Source: an uncultured Myxococcales bacterium
GTDB lineage: Bacteria > Desulfobacterota > Binatia > UBA1149 > CAITLU01
Assembly: GCA_964476185.1 (NCBI GenBank)
Contig: CAYYZO010000002.1
Coordinates: 25,116-89,115 of the forward strand
Reading direction: 5' to 3'
DNA: 64,000 nt
The notes below the pieces were generated by a model that was not told the origin of the DNA, did no database searches, and saw only the letters and a program-made list of their open reading frames with translations. The translations under genes were made by a program, and so were the position numbers. The number at the start of each line of letters is the position of its first letter. Within the stretch, counting starts at the first letter, position 1. This document shows positions 28,764-38,733 of this stretch, in pieces.

Positions 28764-29972
28764 CTACTTCACGAGCCGGTTCATCTCGAAGACCGGCAGC
28801 ATGATCGCGAGCACCACGAACAGCACGACGCCGGCCATCGCGACCGTCATGACCGGCTCGAGCAGGCTCGCCATGCGGTCCACGCGCAGGCGGACCTGCT
28901 CCTCGATGGCGGCGGAGGCGTGCTCCAGCATGCCCTCGAGGTCACCGCTGCGTTCGCCGACGGCGATCATGTCGACGACCACCGGGTCGAGGAGCGGGCT
29001 GGCCTGCAGGCACGAGGCGAGCGACGCCCCCTCGCCGACGGCCCGCTCGGCGTCGGCGAGCGTCTGCGAGAGCAGCTCGCTGCCGCACGAGGCCCGCGCG
29101 ATGCGAAGGCTCTCGATCAGGGGAAGGCCTCCGGCCGTCATCGTCGCAAGCGTCTGCGCGAAGCGCGCGACCGCGACGTCGCGCACGACGCTGCCGACCC
29201 CGGGGACGCGCTGGAGCAGCGCTTCGAGACGCCGCCGCGAGGCCGGGTTCGCGCTCGCCCGGCGCAGCAGCAGGACCGCGGCGAGCGCGATCGGCGCGAG
29301 CAGCCAGCCCCAGCCCGCCAGCAGTTCGCCGGCGCCCATCAGCACGCGCGTCGGCAGCGGCAGGTCCTGCTTGGCCTCGGCGAACACGCGGGTGACCTGC
29401 GGAACGACGTACGCGAGCAGGAACAGCACGATCGCGCCGCCGACGACGGACATGATCGCGGGGTAGATCATCGCGCTCATCGCGCGCGAGCGCAGCCGGG
29501 CCTGCGCCTCGGCGTGCCCGGCGATGCGCTCGAGCACGGTGTCGAGCGCGCCGGCGGCCTCGCCGGCCTCGACCATGCCGACGTACATCGACGGGAACAC
29601 CGCCGGATGGTCGGCCATCGCGGCCGCCAGCGAGGCGCCCTCGCGCAGGCGCGAGCGCACGGCTTCGAAGGCCTCGGCGAGCGCGGCGCCGCCGCGCCGG
29701 CGCCGAAGCGCATCGACGGCTTCGTCGAGCGGCACGCCCGCGCGCAGCAGCGTCGCGAGCTGGCGCAGCGCCTGGGCGAGCTCGGCGGTGCTGACGCCGC
29801 GCCTCAGGCCCCGGCGCGGCGCCGAAGCCTCGGCCGTGATCTCGGTGACTTCGTTCGCGAAGACGTCGCGCTCGCGAAGGCGCGCCCGCGCGCTGCGCGG
29901 GCTGTCGGCGTCGACGAATCCCGAGACGCTGCGTCCCGCGCCGGAGACGCCGCTGTAGCGGAACGACGGCAC
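28764..29972 (-). CDS. gspF: Type II secretion system inner-membrane platform protein GspF
   Basis: 402 aa, with two T2SSF repeats and three TM segments. Confidence 0.9.
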   Translation of the reverse strand: MPSFRYSGVSGAGRSVSGFVDADSPRSARARLRERDVFANEVTEITAEASAPRRGLRRGVSTAELAQALRQLATLLRAGVPLDEAVDALRRRRGGAALAEAFEAVRSRLREGASLAAAMADHPAVFPSMYVGMVEAGEAAGALDTVLERIAGHAEAQARLRSRAMSAMIYPAIMSVVGGAIVLFLLAYVVPQVTRVFAEAKQDLPLPTRVLMGAGELLAGWGWLLAPIALAAVLLLRRASANPASRRRLEALLQRVPGVGSVVRDVAVARFAQTLATMTAGGLPLIESLRIARASCGSELLSQTLADAERAVGEGASLASCLQASPLLDPVVVDMIAVGERSGDLEGMLEHASAAIEEQVRLRVDRMASLLEPVMTVAMAGVVLFVVLAIMLPVFEMNRLVK

Positions 29973-29978
29973 GAACGG

Positions 29979-31682
29979 CTACTCGGCGTCCTCGGCCGTC
30001 ACGCGCAGCACTTCGGCGGCCGACGTGACGCCGGCCCGCACCTTGGCGGCGCCGTCCTCGCGCATCGTCCTCATGCCGCGGCGGGTCGCGCGCGCCTGCA
30101 GCGTCGCCGCGTCGGTGCGTTCCATGATGCCGGTGCGCAGCTCGTCGTCGGTGACGAGCATCTCCGAGACCGCGAGCCGGCCGCGATAGCCGCTGCCGCG
30201 GCACGAATCGCAGCCCGCCCCGGGCGAGCGCGCGCCGCCCGGCTCGCGGGCGAGCCCGAGCTCGATCATCGTCGGGTCGCGCGGGTCGGCCGGGATCGAG
30301 CAGGAGGGGCACAGCCGCCGCACGAGGCGCTGGGCGACGATGCCGATCACGGACGAGGAGACGAGGAACGGCTCGATGCCCATGTCCACGAGGCGGGTGA
30401 TCGCGCTGAACGAGTCGTTGGTGTGCAGCGTGCTGAACACGAGGTGGCCGGTGAGCGCCGCCTGGATCGCGATCCGCGCGGTCTCCACGTCGCGGATCTC
30501 GCCGACCATGATCACGTCCGGGTCCTGTCGCAGCACCGAGCGCAGCCCGCTCGCGAAGGACAGGTCGATCTTCGGGTTCACCTGGATCTGGCCGATGCCG
30601 CGCAGCTGGTACTCGATCGGGTCCTCGATCGTGATGATGTTCTTGTCGGGCGAGTTGATCTCCGACAGCGCGGCGTACAGCGTCGTCGTCTTGCCGCTCC
30701 CGGTCGGGCCGGTCACGAGCACGATGCCGTGGCTCTGGTGGATCAGGCGGCGCAGCGCCGCGAGGTTGTCGCCCGCGATTCCGCTCTCCTCGAGGCCGAG
30801 CAGCGTCGCGCTGCGGTCGAGGAGTCGCATCACGACGCGCTCGCCGAACGCCGTCGGCACGGTGGACACGCGGATGTCGAGCTCGCGGCCCGCCACGCGG
30901 GTGCGGATGCCGCCGTCCTGCGGCAGGCGCTTCTCGGCGATGTTCATGCGCGCCATGACCTTGATGCGCGAGACGACCGCGGCGTGCAGGCGGCGCGGCG
31001 GCGTCAGCACCTCGTTCATGATCCCGTCGATGCGGAAGCGGATCGACGACGCGCGCTCGAACGGCTCGATGTGGATGTCCGACGCGCCGTCCTTCGCGGC
31101 CTGGTAGATCAGCGAGTTCACGAGCCGGATGATCGGCGCCGCGTCCTCCGACTCGAGCAGGTCCTGGGCCTCGCTGAGCTCGGCGGCGCGCTCGGCCAGC
31201 GAGCCGGCCCCGCCGAGCTCGCTGACGACGTCGGCGGCGGCGTTCGCGGCGAGGTCGAACGCGCGGTTGACGGCGTCGAGCAGCGCCGGCTCGGGCACGA
31301 CGACCGGGTCGATCTCGACCCCGTAGACGACGCGCAGGTCATCGAGCGGTCCGACCCGGAACGGCTCGGAGGTCGCGACCAGGAGCCGCCCTTCCTCGAG
31401 CGCCACCGGCAGCACGCGTCCGCGGCGGCACTGCTGCATCGACACGCGCGCGAGCACTTCCGGGGCGATCGCGGCGGCGTCGACGCCTTCGGCGTGCGGC
31501 AGGCCGAGGGCGTCGGCCTGGATCTCGGCGAGCCGCGCCGGGCTGACGCCGGCGGCCTGCTCGAGCGCGCGGGCGAACTCCCCGTTCTCCGTCGCCTTGC
31601 CGCGGGCGCGCGCGACGAGGCCGGCGTCGATGCCCGCCGCGGCGAGCGCGCGATCGAGGGAGAGGGAAGCCGCGTCCAGCAT
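29979..31682 (-). CDS. gspE: Type II secretion system ATPase GspE
   Basis: Walker A VTGPTGSGKTTTLYA, Asp and His boxes, and the C-terminal tetra-Cys zinc motif (CPSC...CDSC). Confidence 0.95.
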   Translation of the reverse strand: MLDAASLSLDRALAAAGIDAGLVARARGKATENGEFARALEQAAGVSPARLAEIQADALGLPHAEGVDAAAIAPEVLARVSMQQCRRGRVLPVALEEGRLLVATSEPFRVGPLDDLRVVYGVEIDPVVVPEPALLDAVNRAFDLAANAAADVVSELGGAGSLAERAAELSEAQDLLESEDAAPIIRLVNSLIYQAAKDGASDIHIEPFERASSIRFRIDGIMNEVLTPPRRLHAAVVSRIKVMARMNIAEKRLPQDGGIRTRVAGRELDIRVSTVPTAFGERVVMRLLDRSATLLGLEESGIAGDNLAALRRLIHQSHGIVLVTGPTGSGKTTTLYAALSEINSPDKNIITIEDPIEYQLRGIGQIQVNPKIDLSFASGLRSVLRQDPDVIMVGEIRDVETARIAIQAALTGHLVFSTLHTNDSFSAITRLVDMGIEPFLVSSSVIGIVAQRLVRRLCPSCSIPADPRDPTMIELGLAREPGGARSPGAGCDSCRGSGYRGRLAVSEMLVTDDELRTGIMERTDAATLQARATRRGMRTMREDGAAKVRAGVTSAAEVLRVTAEDAE

Positions 31683-31688
31683 CTCGGG

Positions 31689-34151
31689 TCAGAAGGGAGC
31701 GCGCTCGCGCGTGTCCTTGTTCCACGGGTAAAGGCGGTTGTTCTTCTCGTCGGTGTGGTGCCGGTAGGTGCTCTCGTCGCGCGAGGCGGCCGACGACGGC
31801 GGCGGCTCGGGCGCGCGCGCGGGCCTGGCCGGTTCGACGGCCTTGGCTCCGGCGACCGCGGCCTGCGGAGCGGGGGCGGACGCGGCGTCCGGCTCGGCCT
31901 CGACGACCGGATCGCCCGGGAGCGGGGCGCGCGTGTCGCGCATGCCGGCGCGGAACGTGTCGCGACGGTCGCTGCTGACGACGTCGAGGTCGCGCGGCGA
32001 GCGGATCACGTGCGGGGTCAGGAACACGATCAGGTTGACCTTGTCGTTGTCGCGCCGGTTGTAGCGGAACAGGCGCCCGATCAGCGGGATGTCGCCGAGG
32101 ACCGGGACCTTCGACTCGCCGTCCTCGTCGCGGTTGCTGATCAGGCCGCCGATCACGACGGTGCGCCCGTCGCCGACGCTGACCGTGGTCTGGGCCGAGC
32201 GGATCGTCGTCACTGGCCCGACCTGCAGCAACTGCGCTTCGGTGAGGCCCTGGCGCACGAGCGCCGAGACCTCCTGCTGCACCTCGAGCACGACGATGTC
32301 GCCCTCGGCGACCTGCGGGCGCACGCGCAGCTTGACGCCGACGTCGCGCCGTTCGACCTGCGTGAAGATGTTCTCGATGTTCGCGATGTCGCTCGCGCGG
32401 CCGGTCACGAACGGGATGTTCTGGCCGACGATGATCTCGGCCTCCTGGTTGTCGAGCGTGAGCAGCGTGGGCGCCGACAGCACCTCGACGTCGCTCGTCG
32501 AGTCGAGCGCCTGCAGCAGGGCGTAGTTGGCGGGGATCTCGGTGCCGTCGGGCAGCTCGACCTGCTTGTCGCTGGCGGCGGCCGCGACGAGGCCGCCGAG
32601 CGCGAGCGGGTTGACGAACGCGGAGCTGAGCTCGGCGATGTTCGAGCGCAGCAGCATGTCGCCGGCGCCGACGTCGATCGCCGCCTGGTAGTCGAAGCCG
32701 AGCGCCTTCGCGCGATTCGTCGAGGCCTCGATGATGATCGCCTCGATGAAGACCTGCGGCCTCGGGATGTCGAGCTTCTCGAGCAGGCTGAGGATCGTCT
32801 TCCAGTCCTGGAGCGGGCCGTCGACGACGACCGCGTTGGTCGCCGGGTCGGCCGTGATCGACATGCTGTCGGTGGAGGCCGACGGCGGCGTCGACGGGCC
32901 CTGCAGGGCGCCGGTGTTGGCCGGCTGCATCAGGCCGGAGGGGTCGGGGGACTTGCCGCTGCGGTCGCGCCGGCTGCGCGACTTCGACCCCATGATCATC
33001 GCCGAGACGACCTCGACGAGGGACTCGGCGTCGGCGTTCTTCGCGTAGTAGACGTGCACGCGCTCGTCCCCGGGCCGGATCGGCTTGTCGAGGCCGCGGG
33101 CGAGTTCCTTGATGCGGGCCATCTCGGCTCCCGGAGCCATCACGATCAGCGAGTTCGTCCGCTCGTCCGGGGAGATCTTGAAGCCGAGCTCGAGGGCGGG
33201 GGTGGTCGAGCGATCCTTCTCGTCGTCCTTGCCGCGCTTGCGCCCGCCGCCGCCGCCCTTCGGGCCGGACAGGATCTCCTCGATCTGTTCCGCGGTGCGG
33301 ACGGCCTCGGCGTGCTGCAGCGGGATCACCGAGATGCTCTGTTCATGGCCGGGGATGTCCATCACGCGGATCATCTCGGCGATGCGCGCGAGGTTGCTCG
33401 ACGTCTCGCTGACGATGACGGTGTTCGTGCCCTCGTAGGGGACGATGGAGCCGTCCTTGGACACCTGCGGCGCGAGCACCCGCGCGATGTCGCTCGCGGT
33501 CACGTACTGCAGCGGGATCAGCCGCGTGGCGAAGCCGGTGCCCGCGCTGCCGTCGGCGAGCACCTCCGCGCCGGCCGTGCGGGCGTCCTTGGTCGGCACG
33601 ATGCGCATGACGGCGCCTTCGTCGATCGTCGTCAGCCCCTGCGTGGCGAGCACCGACTGGAACATCGCGAACGCCTGCTCGACGTTCACGGGCGTCGGCG
33701 AGACCACCGAGACGGTCCCCTCGATCTTGTCGCCGAAGACGATGTTGCGGCCGGAGATCTTGCTGATGAACTTGATGAACGCGGTGAGCTCGACGTTCTC
33801 GAAGTTCATGACGATCTGGGACTTGTCCTCCGGGACCGGGATCTCGCTCTCGCCGGTGTCCTTCGCGGCGCGCGGCGCGCGCACCTGGCCCCTGGGCTCC
33901 TTGGCCTGGCGCGCCTCGTCGCGCGCGGCCTTCTGTTCGGCGCGCTCCTGCTTCGCCTCGGTGCGGGCCTGCTTGGCTTCCGCCTTGGCCTGCTTGTCGG
34001 CGGCCCTGGCCTGCTTGTCGGGCTTCGCGGTCGCGGCGGCGCCGGAGTCCTTGGCGGCGGCGGCCTGCTGGGCGTGCGCCGCGGGGGCGGTCGCCGTGGC
34101 GGCGAAGAGGACGGCAGCAGCGAGGATTCGAAGCTTCATCGCTGCTCTCAT
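31689..34151 (-). CDS. gspD: Type II secretion system secretin GspD (with K/A/E-rich N-terminal insert and P/A-rich C-terminal tail)
   Basis: Signal peptide MKLRILAAAVLFAATATAPAAHA, N0-N3 domains and the secretin domain (VPVLGDIPLIGRLFR). Start ATG 34151 overlaps the gspC TGA (ATGA coupling). The 1964-aa track ORF is an upstream artefact. Confidence 0.9.
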   Translation of the reverse strand: MRAAMKLRILAAAVLFAATATAPAAHAQQAAAAKDSGAAATAKPDKQARAADKQAKAEAKQARTEAKQERAEQKAARDEARQAKEPRGQVRAPRAAKDTGESEIPVPEDKSQIVMNFENVELTAFIKFISKISGRNIVFGDKIEGTVSVVSPTPVNVEQAFAMFQSVLATQGLTTIDEGAVMRIVPTKDARTAGAEVLADGSAGTGFATRLIPLQYVTASDIARVLAPQVSKDGSIVPYEGTNTVIVSETSSNLARIAEMIRVMDIPGHEQSISVIPLQHAEAVRTAEQIEEILSGPKGGGGGRKRGKDDEKDRSTTPALELGFKISPDERTNSLIVMAPGAEMARIKELARGLDKPIRPGDERVHVYYAKNADAESLVEVVSAMIMGSKSRSRRDRSGKSPDPSGLMQPANTGALQGPSTPPSASTDSMSITADPATNAVVVDGPLQDWKTILSLLEKLDIPRPQVFIEAIIIEASTNRAKALGFDYQAAIDVGAGDMLLRSNIAELSSAFVNPLALGGLVAAAASDKQVELPDGTEIPANYALLQALDSTSDVEVLSAPTLLTLDNQEAEIIVGQNIPFVTGRASDIANIENIFTQVERRDVGVKLRVRPQVAEGDIVVLEVQQEVSALVRQGLTEAQLLQVGPVTTIRSAQTTVSVGDGRTVVIGGLISNRDEDGESKVPVLGDIPLIGRLFRYNRRDNDKVNLIVFLTPHVIRSPRDLDVVSSDRRDTFRAGMRDTRAPLPGDPVVEAEPDAASAPAPQAAVAGAKAVEPARPARAPEPPPSSAASRDESTYRHHTDEKNNRLYPWNKDTRERAPF

Positions 34152-35047
34152 CGAATCGTGTAGGTGTACGAGTGCAGCTTGCCGCTGCGGACGAAGTTCA
34201 CGCGGATCTGGCCCATCGACTGGATCTCCTCGAGCAGGCCGACCGCTTTGGACGGATCGGTCAGCGCGGTGTCGTTGATTCTTTGCACGACGTCTCCATT
34301 GACCAGCCCGATCTTCTCGAAGATCGAGCCGGGCCGGATCGCGAACAGCTTGAAGCCGGCGCTCTTGCCGCCCTCGAGCACCGGGACCGCGCGAGCCTGC
34401 GTGATGACCTCGTTCAGGTTCGCCACCGCCTGCTCGACCTCGCGGCGGTCGACGACGTACTGGCTCTCGCCCGTCTTGCGCACTCCCGAGGCGGCGCCGG
34501 CCGGGCGCGCGCCCTTGTCGCCGCCGCGCGCTGCCGGCTTCGCCGCGGCGCCGGCCGGGCCTTCCTCTATCTCGTAGCGGATCTTGCGGCCGCGCAGCAG
34601 CACGTCCGCGCCGGCCGGATCCACCGCCACCAGCTTCGGGCCGTCGAAGACCTTCTCCCCGACCGCGAACACATTCTGCTCCCCGCTGGCCGTGTTCTCG
34701 AACACCGCGAACGAAGTTCCCTTCGACGCGGCGATCCCGCGCAGCTTCAGGTCGGCGCTTTCGGCGGCGGGAGCCTCCTCGGCGTCGGCCTCGAGGTCGG
34801 TCGCGCCGAACAGGTTGCGGCGCAGGATGATCGCGTCGTCGGTTTCGCGCCGGCGGGCGACCTTGACTTCGGCGTCGGCCGGGGGCGCGGCGACCTCGAC
34901 TTCCGGGTTCAGGTCCAGGCCCGCCAGCCGCACCACGACGGCAGCCGCGGCCCACGCCGTGAGCACGATCAGGCCGTAATGAAGGACCCGGACGGCCTGT
35001 CGTAGACCAGCGCGGCGCAACACCGCGCGGAGCGTAGAGAAGAGCAT
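34148..35047 (-). CDS. gspC: Type II secretion system protein C (GspC) with C-terminal PDZ domain
   Basis: N-terminal TM helix (LHYGLIVLTAWAAAAVVVRLAG), an HR-like region and a C-terminal PDZ (KIGLVNGDVVQRINDTAL). Position upstream of gspD. Start inferred at ATG 35047. Confidence 0.6.
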   Translation of the reverse strand: MLFSTLRAVLRRAGLRQAVRVLHYGLIVLTAWAAAAVVVRLAGLDLNPEVEVAAPPADAEVKVARRRETDDAIILRRNLFGATDLEADAEEAPAAESADLKLRGIAASKGTSFAVFENTASGEQNVFAVGEKVFDGPKLVAVDPAGADVLLRGRKIRYEIEEGPAGAAAKPAARGGDKGARPAGAASGVRKTGESQYVVDRREVEQAVANLNEVITQARAVPVLEGGKSAGFKLFAIRPGSIFEKIGLVNGDVVQRINDTALTDPSKAVGLLEEIQSMGQIRVNFVRSGKLHSYTYTIR

Positions 35048-35195
35048 CCAGAAGTTCAAGTTTTGCGCGCACTTGCGCAGCCAACACGATTGACTGCCGA
35101 AAAAGTGCGCGATAGCTTCCGCGCGCTTCGGCCCCCCTCGCCGCAACGCGAGGGGCGGACCACCCCGTCGCAAGAGCCCGCGAGCCCACGAGCCG

Positions 35196-36731
35196 ATGTC
35201 GGACAACACCACACCTGTCGCCACGGAAAGCGACGCCCAGATCGCTGCGCGCGAGAACGACCAGATCCGCGCGCGGCGCGCGAAGCTCGCCGACCTGCGG
35301 CAGACCGGCGTCGCTTTTCCCAACGATTTCAAGCCCGATGCGACCTGCGGGCGCCTCGGCGAGGAGTTCGGGCCCCTGTCCGGCGAGGAGGTCGAGGAAC
35401 GCTCGCTCGAGTACCGCCTCGGCGGCCGGATCGTCGCCGTGCGCGACTTCGGCAAGACGACGTTCCTCAAGCTCCAGGACGGATCCGGGTCGATCCAGCT
35501 CTTCGCCAACCGGCAGGCGCTCGGCGAGGACGGCTACGCCGTCGCCCGGAGGCTCGACACCGGCGACATCGTCGGCGTCTCGGGTCGGCTGTTCCGGACC
35601 CGCACGGGCGAGCTGACCATGCGCCTCGACGGCCTGCGCCTGCTCGTCAAGGCGCTGCGGCCGCTGCCCGACAAGTGGCACGGCCTCGTCGACAAGGAGG
35701 CGCGCTATCGCCAGCGCTACGTCGACCTGATCGTGAACGAGGACGTTCGCCGCACGTTCCGCCGCCGCGCGGCCGTGATCGGCGGCCTGCGCCGCTTCCT
35801 CGAAGGGGAAGGGTACCTCGAGGTCGAGACCCCGCTGCTGCAGCCGATCGCCGGCGGCGCGACGGCGCGCCCGTTCGTCACGCACCACAACGCGTTGTCG
35901 ATGGACCTCTACATGCGCGTCGCCCCGGAGCTGTACCTGAAGCGGCTCGTCGTCGGCGGCTTCGAGCGCGTCTTCGAGATCGGGCGCATGTTCCGCAACG
36001 AGGGCATCTCGCTGCAGCACAACCCCGAGTTCACGATGTGCGAGTTCTACCAGGCCTGGGCCACGGTCGAGGACCTGATCGACCTCACCGAGCGGTTGCT
36101 GTCGACGCTCGCGCGCGAGGTGACCGGAAGCGAGCAGGTGCCGTATGGCGACGTCGTGCTCGATTTCTCCGCGCCGCTCCGGCGCCTGTCGATGGTGGAC
36201 GCCGTCGCTTCGAAGCTCGGCGTGTCGCGTGACGAGGCGCTCGACCTTCGCGTGCTCTCCAGGGCTGCCGACGACCTCGCCCTCGACCCGAAGAAGCGCC
36301 AGCCCGGGCTCGGCCTGCTCGCCGACGTGTTCGAGGCGACCTGCGAGGACGACCTCGTGCAACCGACGTTCGTCACGGAGTTCCCGCTGGAGATCTCCCC
36401 GCTCGCGCGCCGCAACGACGCGGACCCGCGCTTCGTCGACCGCTTCGAGCTGTACGTGGCCAGGCGCGAGATCGCCAACGGCTTCTCGGAGCTCAACGAC
36501 CCCGAGGACCAGCACGAGCGCTTCCTCGAGCAGGCGCGCCGCCGCGAGGCCGGCGACGACGAGGCCTGCGAGGTCGACGAGGACTACGTGCGCGCGCTCG
36601 AGGTCGGCCTGCCGCCGACGGCCGGCGAGGGCATCGGCATCGACCGCCTCGTCATGCTGCTGACCGACTCCGCCTCGATTCGCGACGTGCTCCTGTTCCC
36701 CCACCTGCGGCACGAGGGCCGCGTCCGGTAG
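35196..36731 (+). CDS. lysS: Lysine--tRNA ligase (class II)
   Basis: 511 aa with an OB-fold anticodon-binding domain and class II motifs 1-3 (FRNEGIS..., GEGIGIDRLVMLL). Confidence 0.95.
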   Translation: MSDNTTPVATESDAQIAARENDQIRARRAKLADLRQTGVAFPNDFKPDATCGRLGEEFGPLSGEEVEERSLEYRLGGRIVAVRDFGKTTFLKLQDGSGSIQLFANRQALGEDGYAVARRLDTGDIVGVSGRLFRTRTGELTMRLDGLRLLVKALRPLPDKWHGLVDKEARYRQRYVDLIVNEDVRRTFRRRAAVIGGLRRFLEGEGYLEVETPLLQPIAGGATARPFVTHHNALSMDLYMRVAPELYLKRLVVGGFERVFEIGRMFRNEGISLQHNPEFTMCEFYQAWATVEDLIDLTERLLSTLAREVTGSEQVPYGDVVLDFSAPLRRLSMVDAVASKLGVSRDEALDLRVLSRAADDLALDPKKRQPGLGLLADVFEATCEDDLVQPTFVTEFPLEISPLARRNDADPRFVDRFELYVARREIANGFSELNDPEDQHERFLEQARRREAGDDEACEVDEDYVRALEVGLPPTAGEGIGIDRLVMLLTDSASIRDVLLFPHLRHEGRVR

Positions 36732-36785
36732 TCCTGCGGCGCCACGAGGCGCTGCGCGGCACACGGGCAAACGACGGGGCGGGCG

Positions 36786-38030
36786 ATGTCGTGGGAGCTC
36801 TTCGTCGGGCTGCGCTACCTGCGCTCGCGGCGCAGCGAGGCGTTCGTGTCGGTCATCACGCTGATCTCGACGCTCGGCGTGCTGCTCGGCGTGATGGTGC
36901 TCACGATCGCGCTCGCGATCATGACGGGCTTCGAGGAAGACCTTCGCGCCCGCATCCTCGGCCTGCACCCGCACCTCCGCGTGACGAACCGGCTGGGCAC
37001 CGGCGTGATCGACCAGCCCGACGACATCGTGGCCGCTCTGCGAGGCGATCCGCGCGTCGAGGACGCCGCGGCGGTCGTGCAGTCGCAGATGCTCGTCTCG
37101 GCCGACGACACGCTGCTCGGCGTCTACGCGCGCGGCATCGACGAGAAGTCCGGCAGCTCGACGGCCGGCATCGAGCGCTACGTGGTCGAAGGCTCGCTCG
37201 ACGACGTCGGCAAGCGCATCCGCTCCGACGGCGTCGAGTTGCCGACGATCATGGTCGGCCGCGAGCTGGCTGACAAGCTGGTCGTGATGCGCGGCGACGT
37301 CGTGCGGCTGATGTCGCCGCGGTTCTCCGCGAGCCCGATGGGCGCGATGCCGCGCAGCCGGCGTTTCGTCGTCGCGGCGATCTTCGACTCGGGCATGGTC
37401 GAGTACGACAGCGCGCTCGTCTTCCTCGGCATCGACGACGCGCGCGCGCTGTTCGGCGTGGGCCGCATCGCCACCGGCATCGAGGCGCGGCTCGTGGAGC
37501 CGTACTCGGCCCCCGAGGTGGCCGCCGACCTGAACGAGCGCCTCGGCATGCCCTACTGGGTCGAGCCGTGGACGGAGGCCCACCGCAACGTCTTCGCGGC
37601 GCTCAAGCTCGAGAAGACCGCCTACTTCCTGATCCTGCTGCTGATCATCCTGGTCGCGGCCTTCACCATCGTCTCGACGCTGTACATGGTCGTGATGGAG
37701 AAGCGGCGCGACATCGCGGTGCTGAAGACGATGGGTGCCGACGACGCGAGCATCGCGCGGATCTTCGTGATGAAGGGCCTCCTGATCGGCGGAGTGGGGA
37801 CGGTCTCCGGCGCGCTGGCGGGCTGGCTCGGGTGCCTGGCTCTGGCGCGCTACGAGTTCATCCAGCTGCCCCCGGGGGTCTTCTACGTGAACACCCTGCC
37901 GGTCCGGCTGGAGGCGGAGAACTTCGCCATGGTCATGGCCGCCTCGATGGCGATCTGCCTCGGGGCGTGCCTGTTCCCGGCCTGGAAGGCCTCCCGGGTC
38001 GTGCCGGTCGACGTGCTGCGCTATGAGTGA
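36786..38030 (+). CDS. lolC: Lipoprotein-releasing system permease LolC/LolE (FtsX/MacB-type)
   Basis: N-terminal TM helix, a large periplasmic domain and a C-terminal FtsX 3-TM bundle. Next to lolD. Confidence 0.85.
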   Translation: MSWELFVGLRYLRSRRSEAFVSVITLISTLGVLLGVMVLTIALAIMTGFEEDLRARILGLHPHLRVTNRLGTGVIDQPDDIVAALRGDPRVEDAAAVVQSQMLVSADDTLLGVYARGIDEKSGSSTAGIERYVVEGSLDDVGKRIRSDGVELPTIMVGRELADKLVVMRGDVVRLMSPRFSASPMGAMPRSRRFVVAAIFDSGMVEYDSALVFLGIDDARALFGVGRIATGIEARLVEPYSAPEVAADLNERLGMPYWVEPWTEAHRNVFAALKLEKTAYFLILLLIILVAAFTIVSTLYMVVMEKRRDIAVLKTMGADDASIARIFVMKGLLIGGVGTVSGALAGWLGCLALARYEFIQLPPGVFYVNTLPVRLEAENFAMVMAASMAICLGACLFPAWKASRVVPVDVLRYE

Positions 38031-38733
38031 CGCCGCGCGTTCGTCCAGCGACGCCGCCGCCGTGCGGGCCGAGGGGCTCGTGCGGCGCTACGACGACCGC
38101 GAGGCCGTGATCGAAGTGCTGCGCGGGGTCGACCTGACGGTCGCGCGGGGCGAGTCGGTCGCGGTGGTCGGGGAGTCGGGCACCGGCAAGAGCACGCTGC
38201 TGCACCTGCTCGGCGGGCTTGACCGGCCCGACGGGGGGACGGTGCGGATCCGCGGGATCGACCTCTACGGACTGCCGGATCGCGAACGGACGGCGCTGCG
38301 CGGGAAGGACATCGGCTTCGTGTTCCAGTTCCACCACTTGCTCGGCGATTTCGACGCGATCGAGAACGTGATGATGCCGCTGCTCGTGTCCGGCCTGGCG
38401 CGCTCGGCCGCGCGGCGGCGCGCCGCCGAGGTGCTGGACCGGGTCGGCCTGTCCCACCGGCTCGGGCACCGGCCCGGCGAGCTCTCGGGCGGCGAGCAGC
38501 AGCGGGTCGCGGTGGCCAGGGCGCTGGTCGGCCGCCCCTCGGTCGTGCTGGCCGACGAGCCGACCGGCAACCTCGACCCGACCACGGCCGAGGACGTGCA
38601 CCGGCTGCTGCGCGACGTGCAGCGGGAAGAGGGGGCCGCCCTGGTCGTGGCTACGCACAATTTCGGTCTGGCCGGTTTGCTCGACCGGAGGCTACGGATG
38701 GAAGGTGGCGTGTTGAAGGAGGATCGGACGTGA
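38023..38733 (+). CDS. lolD: Lipoprotein-releasing system ATP-binding protein LolD
   Basis: ABC ATPase motifs (GESGTGKST, LSGGEQQRVAVARAL, VLADEPTGNLD). Confidence 0.9.
   Translation: MSDAARSSSDAAAVRAEGLVRRYDDREAVIEVLRGVDLTVARGESVAVVGESGTGKSTLLHLLGGLDRPDGGTVRIRGIDLYGLPDRERTALRGKDIGFVFQFHHLLGDFDAIENVMMPLLVSGLARSAARRRAAEVLDRVGLSHRLGHRPGELSGGEQQRVAVARALVGRPSVVLADEPTGNLDPTTAEDVHRLLRDVQREEGAALVVATHNFGLAGLLDRRLRMEGGVLKEDRT

Noticed and set aside
28920-34163. 1747-aa ORF on the plus strand spanning the gspF-gspD region
   Set aside because: It is antisense to well-supported T2SS genes. Its translation is Arg/Ala/Gly/Asp-rich low complexity, typical of open alternate frames in 72%-GC DNA, and it has no domain signatures.
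31689-37583. 1964-aa minus-strand ORF containing gspD
   Set aside because: Only the 3' 820 codons are GspD, defined by the signal peptide and ATGA coupling to gspC. The upstream 1100 codons run through gspC in another frame and antisense across lysS and lolC, and are low-complexity.
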